Positions 36,466-45,980 of a DNA stretch of 64,000 nucleotides are shown here, piece by piece. The notes under the pieces are model-generated. The model searched no databases. It was not told the origin of the DNA and saw nothing but the letters and a program-made list of their open reading frames with translations. The position numbers were made by a program, and so were the translations under genes. This DNA comes from Alphaproteobacteria bacterium (GTDB lineage: Bacteria > Pseudomonadota > Alphaproteobacteria > JACZXZ01). Each line of letters starts with the position of its first letter. Within the stretch, counting starts at the first letter, position 1. Where the stretch lies: NCBI GenBank assembly GCA_052143835.1, contig JBKQRV010000093.1, positions 69,387 to 133,386 on the forward strand, in the 5' to 3' direction.

Positions 36466-37389
36466 ATGCAGCCGCTTCTCGTCCTCGAGCAGGGATTGAA
36501 CGGCGTGCAGTTCGGCGTCATGCTGTTTCTGATGGCGGCCGGGTTGACGCTCGTGTTCGGAATCATGAATCTGATCAACCTCGCGCACGGCTCGCTCTAC
36601 ATGATCGGCGCCTACGTCTGCGCCTACGTCTTCCAGGCGAGCGGCTCCTTCCTTCTGGGCATCGGCGCGGCCCTCGCCGCGGCCATCGTCGTCGGCATCG
36701 TCATCGAGGTCGTGGTGTTCCGCGCGCTCTATACGCGCGAGCATCTCGATCAGGTGCTCGCCACCTTCGGGCTCATCCTCTTCTTCGACGAGATGGTGCG
36801 CATCATCTGGGGCCCCACGGCGCTCTACGCGAGCATTCCCGAATTTCTTTCCGGTCAGGTCGAGATCCTGCCGGGCGCGCCCTTCCCCTCCTACCGCCTT
36901 GCCATCATCGTCGTGGGCCTCTTGGTGGCGCTCCTTCTCTATCTTCTGGTCGCCAAGACGCGCTTGGGCATGCTGATCCGCGCGGGTGCGAGCAACCGCG
37001 TCATCGTGGGCGCGCTCGGCGTCAACGTGACGCTGCTCTATACCTTCGTCTTCGCCTTGGGCGCGGCACTTGCGGCTTTCTCCGGCCTCATGGCCGGGCC
37101 GATCTTCACGGTCGAGTCCGGCATGGGCGAGAATGTGCTCATCCTCGCCTTCGTGGTGATCGTGATCGGCGGCATCGGCTCGATCCGGGGCGCCTTCGTC
37201 GCGAGCCTGCTCGTGGGCATCGTCGACACCATGGGCCGAGCCTTCCTTCGCCCGCTGCTCGCGACCGTCATGGCGCCGGCGGCGGCCGACAACGCGGGGC
37301 CGGCGCTCGCCTCCATGTTGATCTACATCCTGATGGCGACCGTGCTGTTCTTCCGGCCTCAGGGCCTGTTCCCGCCGCGTGTGAGATAG
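36466..37389 (+). CDS. Branched-chain amino acid ABC transporter permease (LivH-like).
   Basis: It shows polytopic LivH-family conservation (NLINLAHGSLYMIGAY). GTG at 36457 is an alternative start. Confidence 0.8.
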   Translation: MQPLLVLEQGLNGVQFGVMLFLMAAGLTLVFGIMNLINLAHGSLYMIGAYVCAYVFQASGSFLLGIGAALAAAIVVGIVIEVVVFRALYTREHLDQVLATFGLILFFDEMVRIIWGPTALYASIPEFLSGQVEILPGAPFPSYRLAIIVVGLLVALLLYLLVAKTRLGMLIRAGASNRVIVGALGVNVTLLYTFVFALGAALAAFSGLMAGPIFTVESGMGENVLILAFVVIVIGGIGSIRGAFVASLLVGIVDTMGRAFLRPLLATVMAPAAADNAGPALASMLIYILMATVLFFRPQGLFPPRVR

Positions 37390-37392
37390 GCC

Positions 37393-38343
37393 ATGCGGCT
37401 CGGCAGAGGGGCGCTCACCGTGGCCCTCGGGACGCTCGCGCTCGCCGCGGTGCCGCCGCTTGCCGCCGTGTTCGGCCAGCCTTTCTATCTCGACCTCTTC
37501 ACGCGCATCCTCATCTTCGCGATCGCAGCCTTGAGCCTCGATCTCATCCTCGGCTACGGCGGCATGGTGAGCTTCGGCCACGCCGCCTATCTCGGTATCG
37601 GCGCCTATTCGGTCGGCATCCTCAGCCATTACGGCATCACCGACGGCCCCTTGCATTTCGCCGTCGCGGTCGCGGCCTCGGCGCTTGCGGCGCTTGCCAT
37701 CGGCGCCGTCTCGCTGAGGACGAGCGGGGTCTACTTCATCATGATCACGCTCGCCTTCAGCCAGATGATCTACTTCCTCGGCGTCAGCCTCAACGTCTAC
37801 GGCGGCGACGATGGCATGAACATCGCCGCGCACAGCGAGTTCGGCAGCGCGCTCGACTTGGACAACGCGAGCGTCCTCTATTACCTGGTGCTCGCGATCC
37901 TGCTGCTCTTCTTCTTTGTCGGCCGGCGGCTGGTCGCCTCGCGCTTCGGCATGGTGATCCGCGGCGTCAAGTCTAACGAGCGCCGCATGCACGCCATCGG
38001 TTTTCCCACCTTCCGCTACAGGCTTACCGCCTTCGTGATCTCGGGCGCCATGTGCGGGGTGGCCGGAGCTCTTCTCGCGAACCTGACGCTTTTCGTCTCG
38101 CCCTCGATCATGCATTGGACCCGCTCCGGCGAAGTCTTGATGATGGTGATCCTCGGCGGAATGGGCTCGCTCTTCGGACCGGTGCTGGGTGCCGTCGCCT
38201 ATCTCGTGCTCGAGCAACTGCTCTCCGGCTTCACCTCGCATTGGCAGGCGATCCTCGGCCCGATCCTCGTCCTGGTCGTGCTCTTCGCCAAGCGGGGCAT
38301 CTTCGGGATCTTCGCGGGCGCGGAGGAGGCCGGTCGTGGCTGA
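37393..38343 (+). CDS. Branched-chain amino acid ABC transporter permease (LivM-like).
   Basis: LDLILGYGGMVSFGHAAYLGIGAY is a LivM-type core. Confidence 0.8.
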   Translation: MRLGRGALTVALGTLALAAVPPLAAVFGQPFYLDLFTRILIFAIAALSLDLILGYGGMVSFGHAAYLGIGAYSVGILSHYGITDGPLHFAVAVAASALAALAIGAVSLRTSGVYFIMITLAFSQMIYFLGVSLNVYGGDDGMNIAAHSEFGSALDLDNASVLYYLVLAILLLFFFVGRRLVASRFGMVIRGVKSNERRMHAIGFPTFRYRLTAFVISGAMCGVAGALLANLTLFVSPSIMHWTRSGEVLMMVILGGMGSLFGPVLGAVAYLVLEQLLSGFTSHWQAILGPILVLVVLFAKRGIFGIFAGAEEAGRG

Positions 38344-39091
38344 GGCGTTGCTCGCGATCGAGGGGCTCGTCAAGCGCTTCGGCGGCCTCACCGCGACCGA
38401 CCAGGTTTCGCTCGAGGTTCCCGCGGGCGAGCTCCACGCCGTCATCGGACCGAATGGCGCCGGCAAGACCACGCTCATAGCCCAGCTCGCCGGCGAGCTC
38501 ATGCCCGATGGGGGCAGCATCCGCTTTGCCGGCGAGGACGTGACGCGGCTTCCCACGTACAGGCGCGTGCGCCGGGGGCTCGCCCGCTCGTTTCAGATCA
38601 CGAGCGTCTTCAGGGAATTCACCACGCTCGACAACGTGGCCCTCGCCGTCCAGGCCCAGGCCGGGCACAGTTTCCGCTTTTGGCGTCCGGCGCGCGCGGA
38701 AGCGGCCTTGCGCGAGCCGGCGCGCGCCATCCTCGAGCAGGTCGGCCTGGGCGCGCGCGCGGACGTGCCGGCTGCGATATTGGCGCATGGCGAGAAGCGC
38801 GCGCTCGAGATCGCACTCGCGCTCGCCGGCCGGCCGCGGCTCCTCATGCTCGACGAGCCCATGGCGGGCATGGGGCCCGAGGATTCGGCACGCATGGTGC
38901 GCTTTCTCTCGACCCTCAGGGGCAAGCTCACCATCCTACTCATCGAGCACGACATGGACGCCGTGTTCGCGCTCGCCGACCGCATCACCGTGCTCGTCTA
39001 CGGCCGCGCGATCGCCAGCGGGACGCCCCAGGCGATCCGGAGCAACGCCGAGGTGCGAGAGGCCTATCTCGGCGAGGAGACCACGCCATGA
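38336..39091 (+). CDS. ABC transporter ATP-binding protein (LivG-like).
   Basis: It has Walker A (GPNGAGKTT), a signature and Walker B (LLMLDEPMAG). The GTG start overlaps the livM stop. Confidence 0.8.
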   Translation: MAEALLAIEGLVKRFGGLTATDQVSLEVPAGELHAVIGPNGAGKTTLIAQLAGELMPDGGSIRFAGEDVTRLPTYRRVRRGLARSFQITSVFREFTTLDNVALAVQAQAGHSFRFWRPARAEAALREPARAILEQVGLGARADVPAAILAHGEKRALEIALALAGRPRLLMLDEPMAGMGPEDSARMVRFLSTLRGKLTILLIEHDMDAVFALADRITVLVYGRAIASGTPQAIRSNAEVREAYLGEETTP

Positions 39092-39792
39092 TGCTCGAGG
39101 TCTCCGGGCTCGCGGCCGGCTACGGGGAGAGCCAAGTGCTCTTCGGCATCTCCTTCGAGGTGCGCCGCGGAGAAGTGGTGACGCTTCTGGGCCGCAACGG
39201 TATGGGCAAGACCACCACCATCTCCGCGATCATGGGCATCGTGCCGCCCCGCGCGGGGGAGATCCTGTTCGAGGGCAAGGCGATCCAGGGGCTGCCCTCT
39301 TACCGCGTCGCCAAGCGCGGCCTCGGCCTGGTGCCCGAGGGACGCCAGGTCTTTCCCAACCTGACCGTGCGTGAGAACCTTGTCGCGACCGCCGCCAATC
39401 GTGCCGGCGCGCTGCGGCCCTGGACGCTCGAGCTCGTGCTCGAGCTTTTCCCGGTGCTCGCGGAACGGCTCAACAGCATGGGCGGGCTGCTCTCGGGCGG
39501 GGAGCAGCAGATGCTGTCGATCGGCCGCGCGCTCATGACCAATCCGCGGCTGCTCATTTTCGACGAGGCGACGGAGGGGCTGGCGCCGCGGGTGCGCGCC
39601 GAGATCTGGCGTTGCCTCCGCACGCTCAAGGCGGCGGGCCAATCGATCCTCGTCATCGACAAGAACATCGATGCGCTGACCCGCATCGCGGAGCGCCACT
39701 ATATTCTGGAGAAGGGCCAGATCGTCTGGCAGGGGACGTCGGCGGCGCTGCGTGAGAACGTCGAGCTGCAGCACCGCTATCTCGGGGTGTGA
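39088..39792 (+). CDS. ABC transporter ATP-binding protein (LivF-like).
   Basis: It has Walker A (GRNGMGKTT), LSGGEQQML and Walker B (LLIFDEATEGL). There is an ATGA overlap with livG. Confidence 0.8.
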   Translation: MMLEVSGLAAGYGESQVLFGISFEVRRGEVVTLLGRNGMGKTTTISAIMGIVPPRAGEILFEGKAIQGLPSYRVAKRGLGLVPEGRQVFPNLTVRENLVATAANRAGALRPWTLELVLELFPVLAERLNSMGGLLSGGEQQMLSIGRALMTNPRLLIFDEATEGLAPRVRAEIWRCLRTLKAAGQSILVIDKNIDALTRIAERHYILEKGQIVWQGTSAALRENVELQHRYLGV

Positions 39793-39794
39793 GA

Positions 39795-40045
39795 GGCTAT
39801 CGGATTCACACATCACGGCGACGGCGCTAAGCCCCTCGCCCGCGCCAGCGGGAGAGGGGCTTAGCGCGATCGGCGCCTCCGCGAACATCTGCGAAGATGT
39901 GTGAATGCGATAGCCCTCGGAGGGGGAGAGGGATGCGGAGGCTTAGCGAGACAAAGTCGACCCCGGACTTGATCCGGGGTGGGTGAGGGGGTGATTCCGC
40001 GCCATCGGAACATGGCTTAGCCCGCGGCCGCCCGCGTCCGGCCTG
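39795..40045. terminator. Highly structured convergent intergenic region with nested inverted repeats. It is a likely bidirectional terminator or REP-like element.
   Basis: An outer inverted repeat (ctatcggattcacacatc / gatgtgtgaatgcgatag) encloses a 17-bp-stem palindrome (gcgctaagcccctc ... gaggggcttagcgc). A further hairpin is ccccggacttgatccgggg. The region lies between the convergent livF and GST genes. Confidence 0.5.
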
Positions 40046-40050
40046 CGGCA

Positions 40051-40722
40051 TCAAGCATCGAGGGGCGGGGAGAGCTCGCGGTCCGCGGCGGCGATCTCGG
40101 CCGCGACGCGCGCGATCGCCGGACGCGCTCTCACGCGCTCGTACCACGCGGCGAGTGCCGGGAAACCGTCAAGGCGCGGCCCCTTGAGGCGGAGCGCGTA
40201 GAGCACGGTCATGAACACGGCAATGTCGGCGAAGGTGAAGTTGCCGCAGAGATAATCCTTGTGCGCCAGCCGCTCGTTGAGATGGCGGTAGTGGAGGAGG
40301 ATCGCCGCCTCGGCACCCCTCGCTGCTTCCTTGCGGGCGCGCTGGCGCGCGGGCTCGGGGTCGGGCGGCTCGGTGCGGTACATCAGAGAGCGCACGTCTG
40401 CCAGCAGGATCTCGTCGGCGTAGAGCTCGAGGAGGCGGCAGCGGGCGCGCTCCACGGCTGTCGCCGGATGGAGGGGCGGCGACGGGTAGGCGTCCTCCAA
40501 ATATTCGAAGATCAGCGTCGAATCGAAGAGCGTCAAATCGCCGTCGACCAGCACCGGGACCTGGCCCTTGGGATTGGCGGCCAGCACCGCGGGATGCTTC
40601 GGCGCGTAGCCTTGCGCCTGGCTGAAGGGCACCATCACCCGCTCGAAGGGCAGGCCTTTCTCGTAGAGCGCCATCTCGACCTTGCGGGAGAAAAGACTGA
40701 GAGGGCCGGAATAGAGACGCAT
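40051..40722 (-). CDS. Glutathione S-transferase. It is a candidate glutathione-dependent maleylpyruvate isomerase because of nearby gentisate-pathway genes.
   Basis: The N-terminal thioredoxin-like GST fold is MRLYSGPLSLFSRKVEMALYEKGLPFE...QVPVLVD. The isomerase role is an inference from context only. Confidence 0.6.
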   Translation of the reverse strand: MRLYSGPLSLFSRKVEMALYEKGLPFERVMVPFSQAQGYAPKHPAVLAANPKGQVPVLVDGDLTLFDSTLIFEYLEDAYPSPPLHPATAVERARCRLLELYADEILLADVRSLMYRTEPPDPEPARQRARKEAARGAEAAILLHYRHLNERLAHKDYLCGNFTFADIAVFMTVLYALRLKGPRLDGFPALAAWYERVRARPAIARVAAEIAAADRELSPPLDA

Positions 40723-40792
40723 GGGCGTTGCCTCGAAGGAGCCGGGTCAACGGAACGCTACAAGAACATGCTCGGCGCGGCAAGACGCCAGC

Positions 40793-42271
40793 TTAAGGGT
40801 GCTCAGACTCGCTCGCCTCGCGCCGCCGCCATGGCACGCCGTCGAGGCAATAGCCGAGCGAGACCAGTGCCGCCGGGATCACCGGCAGCACATAGCGCAT
40901 CTCGAGATGGAGCAAGGCAAAGGCGCCGATGACGCCCATGAAGGTGAGCCAGAGGAAGGCCGCCGCTCTATGGCGGCCGCGGGGCTCGGAGCGCCGTCGC
41001 CCGAGCGCCATGAGCGGGGTGCCGATCGCAAGGATCGCGAGCCCGGCGAGAGCCACGATCTCGAGCGCGAGGAGGGGTGGGCCGAAGGTCGCGGCATTCC
41101 AGAAGAGGCCCACGCGCGGCATCTCGCGCAGCTCGCGCACGCCGGGGATCACGCGCGCGGACGCCCTCGGACCGAGCTGGAGGAAGTCGTTGAGGTTCGC
41201 GAGTGGATTGAGGAGGAGGTTGGCGAGGCGCTCGAGCTGGAGATTGTGCACGACGGTCGCGAGATAGGCGAAGGGATGGCGGCCCAGCATCGCGAGGAAA
41301 TGGCTGAAGGTCGCGTGTCTGATCTCGAGCGGATCGAGGCTGTACTCGCGCCACAGGATGTCCACGAGCTGGTACATGCCGGCGAGGCCCGGCGCTACGT
41401 CGTGGCTCACGGCGATGCGCGAGACGAGGTCGGTGCCGTCGAAGGGATTGCCGAGGCCCAAGGCTTCGATATTGATGGAGGGCCAGAGCCAGTTGACGCT
41501 GTCGGTAACGCTCAAAAAGGCATGGCCGGTGCGGTGCGCGTTCCACAGCATGTGGATCGCCACGAGTGCAACGACGGGCAGGAGAAAGGCGGCGAGCGAG
41601 CCGAGCAGCGCCAAGATGCCCTTGGCGCGCAGCCTGTCGCACAGGACGAGCCCGATAAGCGGGAAGAGCGTGAAGTAGAGCCCCACGTCCCGCATCCAGA
41701 TCGAGCCGCCCCAGGCGATCCCCAGCCCCAGGAGCGCGCCCGTTCCGAGCCGCAGTTGCCCGGTCATCTCCATGACGATGAGAAAGACGACCGCGATGAA
41801 GAGGCTCGCATAGAGGCTGTCGCTCAGGACCACGACGTCGTAGAGGCTCGAGCCCGAGATGGCGACGAGCACGAGGATCGCGTATCGGAGTGCGGTGCTG
41901 CGCACGAGAGCGGCAAGAGCGGCCGCGACGAGGGCGAGTGCTGCGACCGAGGCGACGCATTGCACGGTGGCTACTAGCAGCGCGAAGTGGCTGGGGGAGA
42001 CGAGCTTGGCAAGGGCGATGAGGAGCGGATAGCCGTAGGGCCTGACGATGGCGAGAGGCTGCGGCCCGCTGAGGAAGGCGCCGTCGTCGAGCCAGCGACG
42101 GCTCGCCAGAATGTCGTCGCCGAGTGTCAAATAGCCGTAACTGTCCGGGAACAGCGAGGCGCCGAGCCAGAAGAGCAGCAAAAGCTTGAGCGCAAGGATG
42201 GCGCCAAGCAGCAACCCCGCCTTGAGCGCGTAGTCTCTCCCGGCCGCGTCCGCCGCCGTGCCGCGTGTCAT
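40793..42271 (-). CDS. Polytopic membrane protein (about 490 aa). It is a possible GT-C-like glycosyltransferase that partners with the upstream GT2.
   Basis: ORF 40793..42463, with ATG at 42271 (MTRGTAAD) overlapping the GT2 stop. About 12 hydrophobic helices are predicted. Confidence 0.45.
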   Translation of the reverse strand: MTRGTAADAAGRDYALKAGLLLGAILALKLLLLFWLGASLFPDSYGYLTLGDDILASRRWLDDGAFLSGPQPLAIVRPYGYPLLIALAKLVSPSHFALLVATVQCVASVAALALVAAALAALVRSTALRYAILVLVAISGSSLYDVVVLSDSLYASLFIAVVFLIVMEMTGQLRLGTGALLGLGIAWGGSIWMRDVGLYFTLFPLIGLVLCDRLRAKGILALLGSLAAFLLPVVALVAIHMLWNAHRTGHAFLSVTDSVNWLWPSINIEALGLGNPFDGTDLVSRIAVSHDVAPGLAGMYQLVDILWREYSLDPLEIRHATFSHFLAMLGRHPFAYLATVVHNLQLERLANLLLNPLANLNDFLQLGPRASARVIPGVRELREMPRVGLFWNAATFGPPLLALEIVALAGLAILAIGTPLMALGRRRSEPRGRHRAAAFLWLTFMGVIGAFALLHLEMRYVLPVIPAALVSLGYCLDGVPWRRREASESEHP

Positions 42272-43236
42272 CGGCTGCGCCCGAGCGGGGGGCGGCGGCA
42301 CTCGCCTGGCATGAGCCGGATCGGCGCCAATTCGCGAAAGATGCGGCAGCTCGCGCGAATGCGCGCCCCGTCGTCTGCGCCCCAGCCGAGGCGTGCCGCC
42401 AGGAACTCTCGGAACTCGCGGGAGAGCCAGCCGCGCCTGCCCTGGCGCCGGGCGTAGTGCCAAGCGCGGCCGGCGGCGCGCTTGAGCGCGTAGCGCTTGA
42501 GCTCGGGCGCAAGCCCAGGTGTGGTGGCCACGAAATTGGCGAGGGCCAAGTTCACGTCATGGAGCTCCTGGGCGCCGTGCTCGGACTGGCGGCCGGGCGC
42601 CTCCTCGGGGGCGAGGAACACGGTTGCTCGCGTGCGCGCGAAGCGCGCGAGCCGCGCCATACGCAGTTCGATCGAATAATCCTGCACGAGGACGCCGGGG
42701 TCGCAGCCCCCGCTCGCACGGACGAGCTCGGCGCGCGCAAGCCAGGCCGAAGGTGTGGTCTGGGCGCGGCGCAGGCATTCCCGAAGCGTGTCCGCGAGCG
42801 GCTCGGCAGCGGCCGTTTGCCCGATCTCCGCCGCCGCGGCGCGGGCCCGCTCAAGCCCGTCCCCGCTGCGGTAGGTGCCGCCCGTGCCGAAGGCGAGCCC
42901 GCAACCCGTAGCTGCGACGGCGTCGAGGAGGAGCGAAGTGGCACCTTGCGTCAGCATGTCGTCGCCGTCGAGGGCCTTGACGAAGTCGCCGCGCACGGCG
43001 GCGAGGCCGGCGTTCATGGCGAGCGAGGGCCCCGCGTTCGGCTGGGAGATGATGCGGCAGTCGGCCCAGCCCGCGGTGAGCGCGCGGAGCGCCGCGAGGC
43101 TGCCGTCGCTCGAGCCGTCGTCGACGAAGATGAACTCGCGCGCGAAACCGCCGCGTTGCCGGGCGAGCCCGTCGAGGACGAAGGGAAGGTAAAGTGCTTT
43201 GTTGTAGACGGTGATTACGTAGCTGACGCGGATCAT
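42268..43236 (-). CDS. Family 2 glycosyltransferase.
   Basis: MIRVSYVITVYNKALYLPFVLDGLARQ...FIFVDDGSSDGS. ATG is at 43236, overlapping the cupin gene stop by 1 nt. Confidence 0.8.
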   Translation of the reverse strand: MIRVSYVITVYNKALYLPFVLDGLARQRGGFAREFIFVDDGSSDGSLAALRALTAGWADCRIISQPNAGPSLAMNAGLAAVRGDFVKALDGDDMLTQGATSLLLDAVAATGCGLAFGTGGTYRSGDGLERARAAAAEIGQTAAAEPLADTLRECLRRAQTTPSAWLARAELVRASGGCDPGVLVQDYSIELRMARLARFARTRATVFLAPEEAPGRQSEHGAQELHDVNLALANFVATTPGLAPELKRYALKRAAGRAWHYARRQGRRGWLSREFREFLAARLGWGADDGARIRASCRIFRELAPIRLMPGECRRPPLGRSR

Positions 43237-43700
43237 TACCTGCCATGGGCGGCGGCCGCCGGCTTGGCGCGCGCCGCTCTCGGGGCAGCACTTTTCGTGC
43301 GCGCGGGCCGAGGGGCCCCGACCTCGACCGTCTTGAACTTGGCGGGGAGGGTGATCTCGATCAGCTCGAGGTCGTCGGAGTGGTCGAGCTCGGCGTGGCG
43401 TATGCCGGGCGGCTGGTGCACGCAGGAGCCCGCCCGGGCCACGACCTCGCCCACACCCTCGTAGTTGAACTTCACCCAGCCCTTGAGCACGTAATACATC
43501 TGGAAGTCGAGCTTGTGCTTGTGCCAGCCGAAGCCGCCGTGGTCGCCCTTCTTGGCGCGGATGACATGGGCCATGGCGCGGCCGCCGGTCGCCTCGTTGA
43601 TGCCGAGGTCGCGGTACTCGAAGCAGGCTCTCAAGCCGTCGCTCTTGAAGACGGCGTCCTTGGCGTGGGATGCCGAGAACTCGAGCTTCTTGGCGGCCAT
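43236..43700 (-). CDS. Cupin-domain protein (154 aa).
   Basis: GWHKH...YYVLKGWVKF...GSCVHQPPGIRHAE is the cupin two-motif pattern. It is co-oriented and overlapping with the GT2 downstream. Confidence 0.6.
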   Translation of the reverse strand: MAAKKLEFSASHAKDAVFKSDGLRACFEYRDLGINEATGGRAMAHVIRAKKGDHGGFGWHKHKLDFQMYYVLKGWVKFNYEGVGEVVARAGSCVHQPPGIRHAELDHSDDLELIEITLPAKFKTVEVGAPRPARTKSAAPRAARAKPAAAAHGR

Positions 43701-43816
43701 GGCAGATACCTCCCAGGATCGTCCGCCGCGAGGTTGCGGCGCTCGCGGGCACCGACTATACAACGCGGCCGCGCCGCCCGCCAATGCGCTCGCCGGGCTC
43801 TCGCTCGCTTGCGCGC

Positions 43817-45370
43817 TCAGATCCGCCGCGCGCGGCCGGCCCAGTAGAGATCGCGGATCTTGTGCTTCTGGATCTTGCCGACGGCACTCTTCGGCAGTCC
43901 CTCGACGAAGGCGACGCGGCGCGGGCGCTTGTGGCGGGGCAGCGCCTCGAGGCAGAACTCGATGATCTCGCTTTCGCTCGCGGCACATCCCGCCCGCAGC
44001 ACCACGTGCGCGGCGGGGACCTCGCCCAGGCGCTCGTCGGGAATGCCGATGACCGCGCACTCGAGCACGGCCGGGTGCCGGTAGAGCACCTGCTCGATCT
44101 CGAGCGGGAAGATGTTCTCCCCGCCCTGCACGAGCACGTCCTTGGAGCGGTCGACGAGCACGATGAAGCCGTCCTCGTCGGCGTAGCCGAGATCGCCCGT
44201 CCAGAACCAGCCGTCGTTGTTCTTGTAGGCGGCGGCGGTCGCCTTGGCGTCCTTGTAATAGCCGAGCATGAGATGCTCGCCGCGCGTCGTCACCTCGCCG
44301 ACCTGGCCGGGCGGGAGCGCCTTGCCGTCCGGCCCGCGGATCTCGATCTCGACGTTGAAGGCCGGCCGGCCCACGCTCCCCGCCTTCGCCGGCAGGTGCC
44401 GGGGCTGCCGCGCACAGAGCGGCCCCGCCTCGGAGGTGCCGTAATGATCGGTGAGCCCGAGCCAGGGCATCGTCTCTTGCACGCATTCGATGAGGGCCAC
44501 CGGCATCGGCATGCCGGCGTGGTTGACCTTGACGAGCGTGCGCAGCCTCTCGGGCGCAAACGACGGGTGCTTGACCAGGTCGTTGATCTGCGTCGGCACG
44601 AGCAACGCGGCGCTGACGCGGTGGCGCTCGACCATGGCGATGAAGCGCTCTACGTCCCAGTGCGGAAGGAACACGCTCGTCGCTCCGCACATCACCGCGG
44701 GATGGAACCAGATGTAGAGTGCCGCCACGTGGAAAAGCGGGGTCGCCACGGCCGCGATATCCTCCTCGCGGAGGTTGAACTCGACGAGCGTGGTGAGTGC
44801 GGCGAGCCCGCGCGCGCGATGGGAGGCGAGCACGCCCTTGGGCAGGCCCGTGGTGCCGCCGGTGAAGGTGAGCCCGAGCGGATCGTCCTCGCCGAGCGCG
44901 ACCCGAGGCTCGCTCGCGTCGCTCTCTGCGAGCAACTCGTCCAAGCTTGTGCTGCGGCCAACGGGGCGGGGGCCGGCGCCGAAGGCGACGATCTCGGCCC
45001 TGCCGCCTGCCTCCTGGCGGGCCGCCTCGGCAAGGGCCACGAGGCTCGCCTCGACCACGATGAGCTTCGCCTCGGTCGAGGCGAGGATGCGCGCGGCCTC
45101 GGCGGCGCTGGCGCGGGCGTTGATGTTGGCGAGCACCGCGCCCGCGCGCGCGGCGCCGTAGTGGACGATGCCGTAGGCCGGGTAATTGCCGCTCATGATG
45201 GCGATCGTCTCGCCCTTGGCGATGCCGCGCGCGGCAAGGGCGTTGGCGAAGCGGTTCGCCGCGGTGTTAAGGGCGGCGAAGTCGAGGCTTTCCTCTCCGC
45301 AAAGAATGGCGGCCTTTCGCGGCAGCCGGCGCGCGGTGCGCCGCAGTATGTCGCCCGCCAAGAGAAACAT
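43817..45370 (-). CDS. AMP-dependent synthetase/ligase (acyl-CoA synthetase family).
   Basis: The AMP-binding motif is LTFTGGTTGLPKGV, with YGTSEAG and GWFWTGDLG motifs and a C-terminal LPKSAVGKIQK. Confidence 0.85.
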   Translation of the reverse strand: MFLLAGDILRRTARRLPRKAAILCGEESLDFAALNTAANRFANALAARGIAKGETIAIMSGNYPAYGIVHYGAARAGAVLANINARASAAEAARILASTEAKLIVVEASLVALAEAARQEAGGRAEIVAFGAGPRPVGRSTSLDELLAESDASEPRVALGEDDPLGLTFTGGTTGLPKGVLASHRARGLAALTTLVEFNLREEDIAAVATPLFHVAALYIWFHPAVMCGATSVFLPHWDVERFIAMVERHRVSAALLVPTQINDLVKHPSFAPERLRTLVKVNHAGMPMPVALIECVQETMPWLGLTDHYGTSEAGPLCARQPRHLPAKAGSVGRPAFNVEIEIRGPDGKALPPGQVGEVTTRGEHLMLGYYKDAKATAAAYKNNDGWFWTGDLGYADEDGFIVLVDRSKDVLVQGGENIFPLEIEQVLYRHPAVLECAVIGIPDERLGEVPAAHVVLRAGCAASESEIIEFCLEALPRHKRPRRVAFVEGLPKSAVGKIQKHKIRDLYWAGRARRI

Positions 45371-45529
45371 GACCCCCCAACCTCTCCTTGTCCGTCCGCT
45401 CGCGCCCATTGTGGCGGGAAGCCGTGCCGGCTGGCAAGGCGGGCGGGCAATGCGCACCCGCCGGGCATACACCCGACAGACTGCAGTGGGAAAGAGATTT
45501 GCGGCCGCTCTTTGGGCTCGGCTTCGCGT

Positions 45530-45979
45530 TTACGTTGGCTTCGCCGGCGGCTTGGAAGGGGAGGTCCGAGCGGGCCGCCGTTTCTTCTTCACTGTCACGG
45601 CGGTCTTTGGCACAGGCGTCAAGCGATGCTGCCGGATGAGCTCCGCACACTCGCGCTGGAACCGCTGGTGCGTATTTGTCTCGAGCAGAACGACCTTATC
45701 GGCAAATTGGATGAGAAACAGGAGAGTGGACGATCCCGCCCCGCCGAGATGCAAGTGCATCACGCCGTAATCGGCCAGCAGCCGATCGGCATGACCCGCG
45801 GTGGCGCTGTAGAATCGATTTGGCACTTCCCGTCCGCTGCTGATCAAATCGATCAGCAGCAGATAATCCTCCTCCTCCTTCGGATTGAGCGCGACGTGCT
45901 TGTGAAATTGGCCGCCCTCGATGACGTCCTTGCCGGTGCCTGTATAGACGATCCTCGCGGATCGCAGCGGCCCGGCCAC
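45530..45979 (-). CDS. Hypothetical protein (149 aa) with a basic Lys/Pro-rich C-terminal tail.
   Basis: The ORF has a K/R/P-rich tail (KKKRRPARTSPSKPPAKPT). I recognise no family for it. Confidence 0.35.
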   Translation of the reverse strand: MAGPLRSARIVYTGTGKDVIEGGQFHKHVALNPKEEEDYLLLIDLISSGREVPNRFYSATAGHADRLLADYGVMHLHLGGAGSSTLLFLIQFADKVVLLETNTHQRFQRECAELIRQHRLTPVPKTAVTVKKKRRPARTSPSKPPAKPT

Positions 45980-45980
45980 G

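Noticed and set aside
36448-38556. 702-aa minus-strand ORF.
   Set aside because: It is antisense to the livH/livM permease genes. Its composition is extreme, with His/Asp/Glu/Arg repeats, and it is a GC-skew artefact.
40968-42512. 514-aa minus-strand ORF overlapping the membrane protein gene in another frame.
   Set aside because: It is Arg/Pro/Ala-rich junk translation. The alternative frame, 40793..42271, gives a coherent multi-TM protein.
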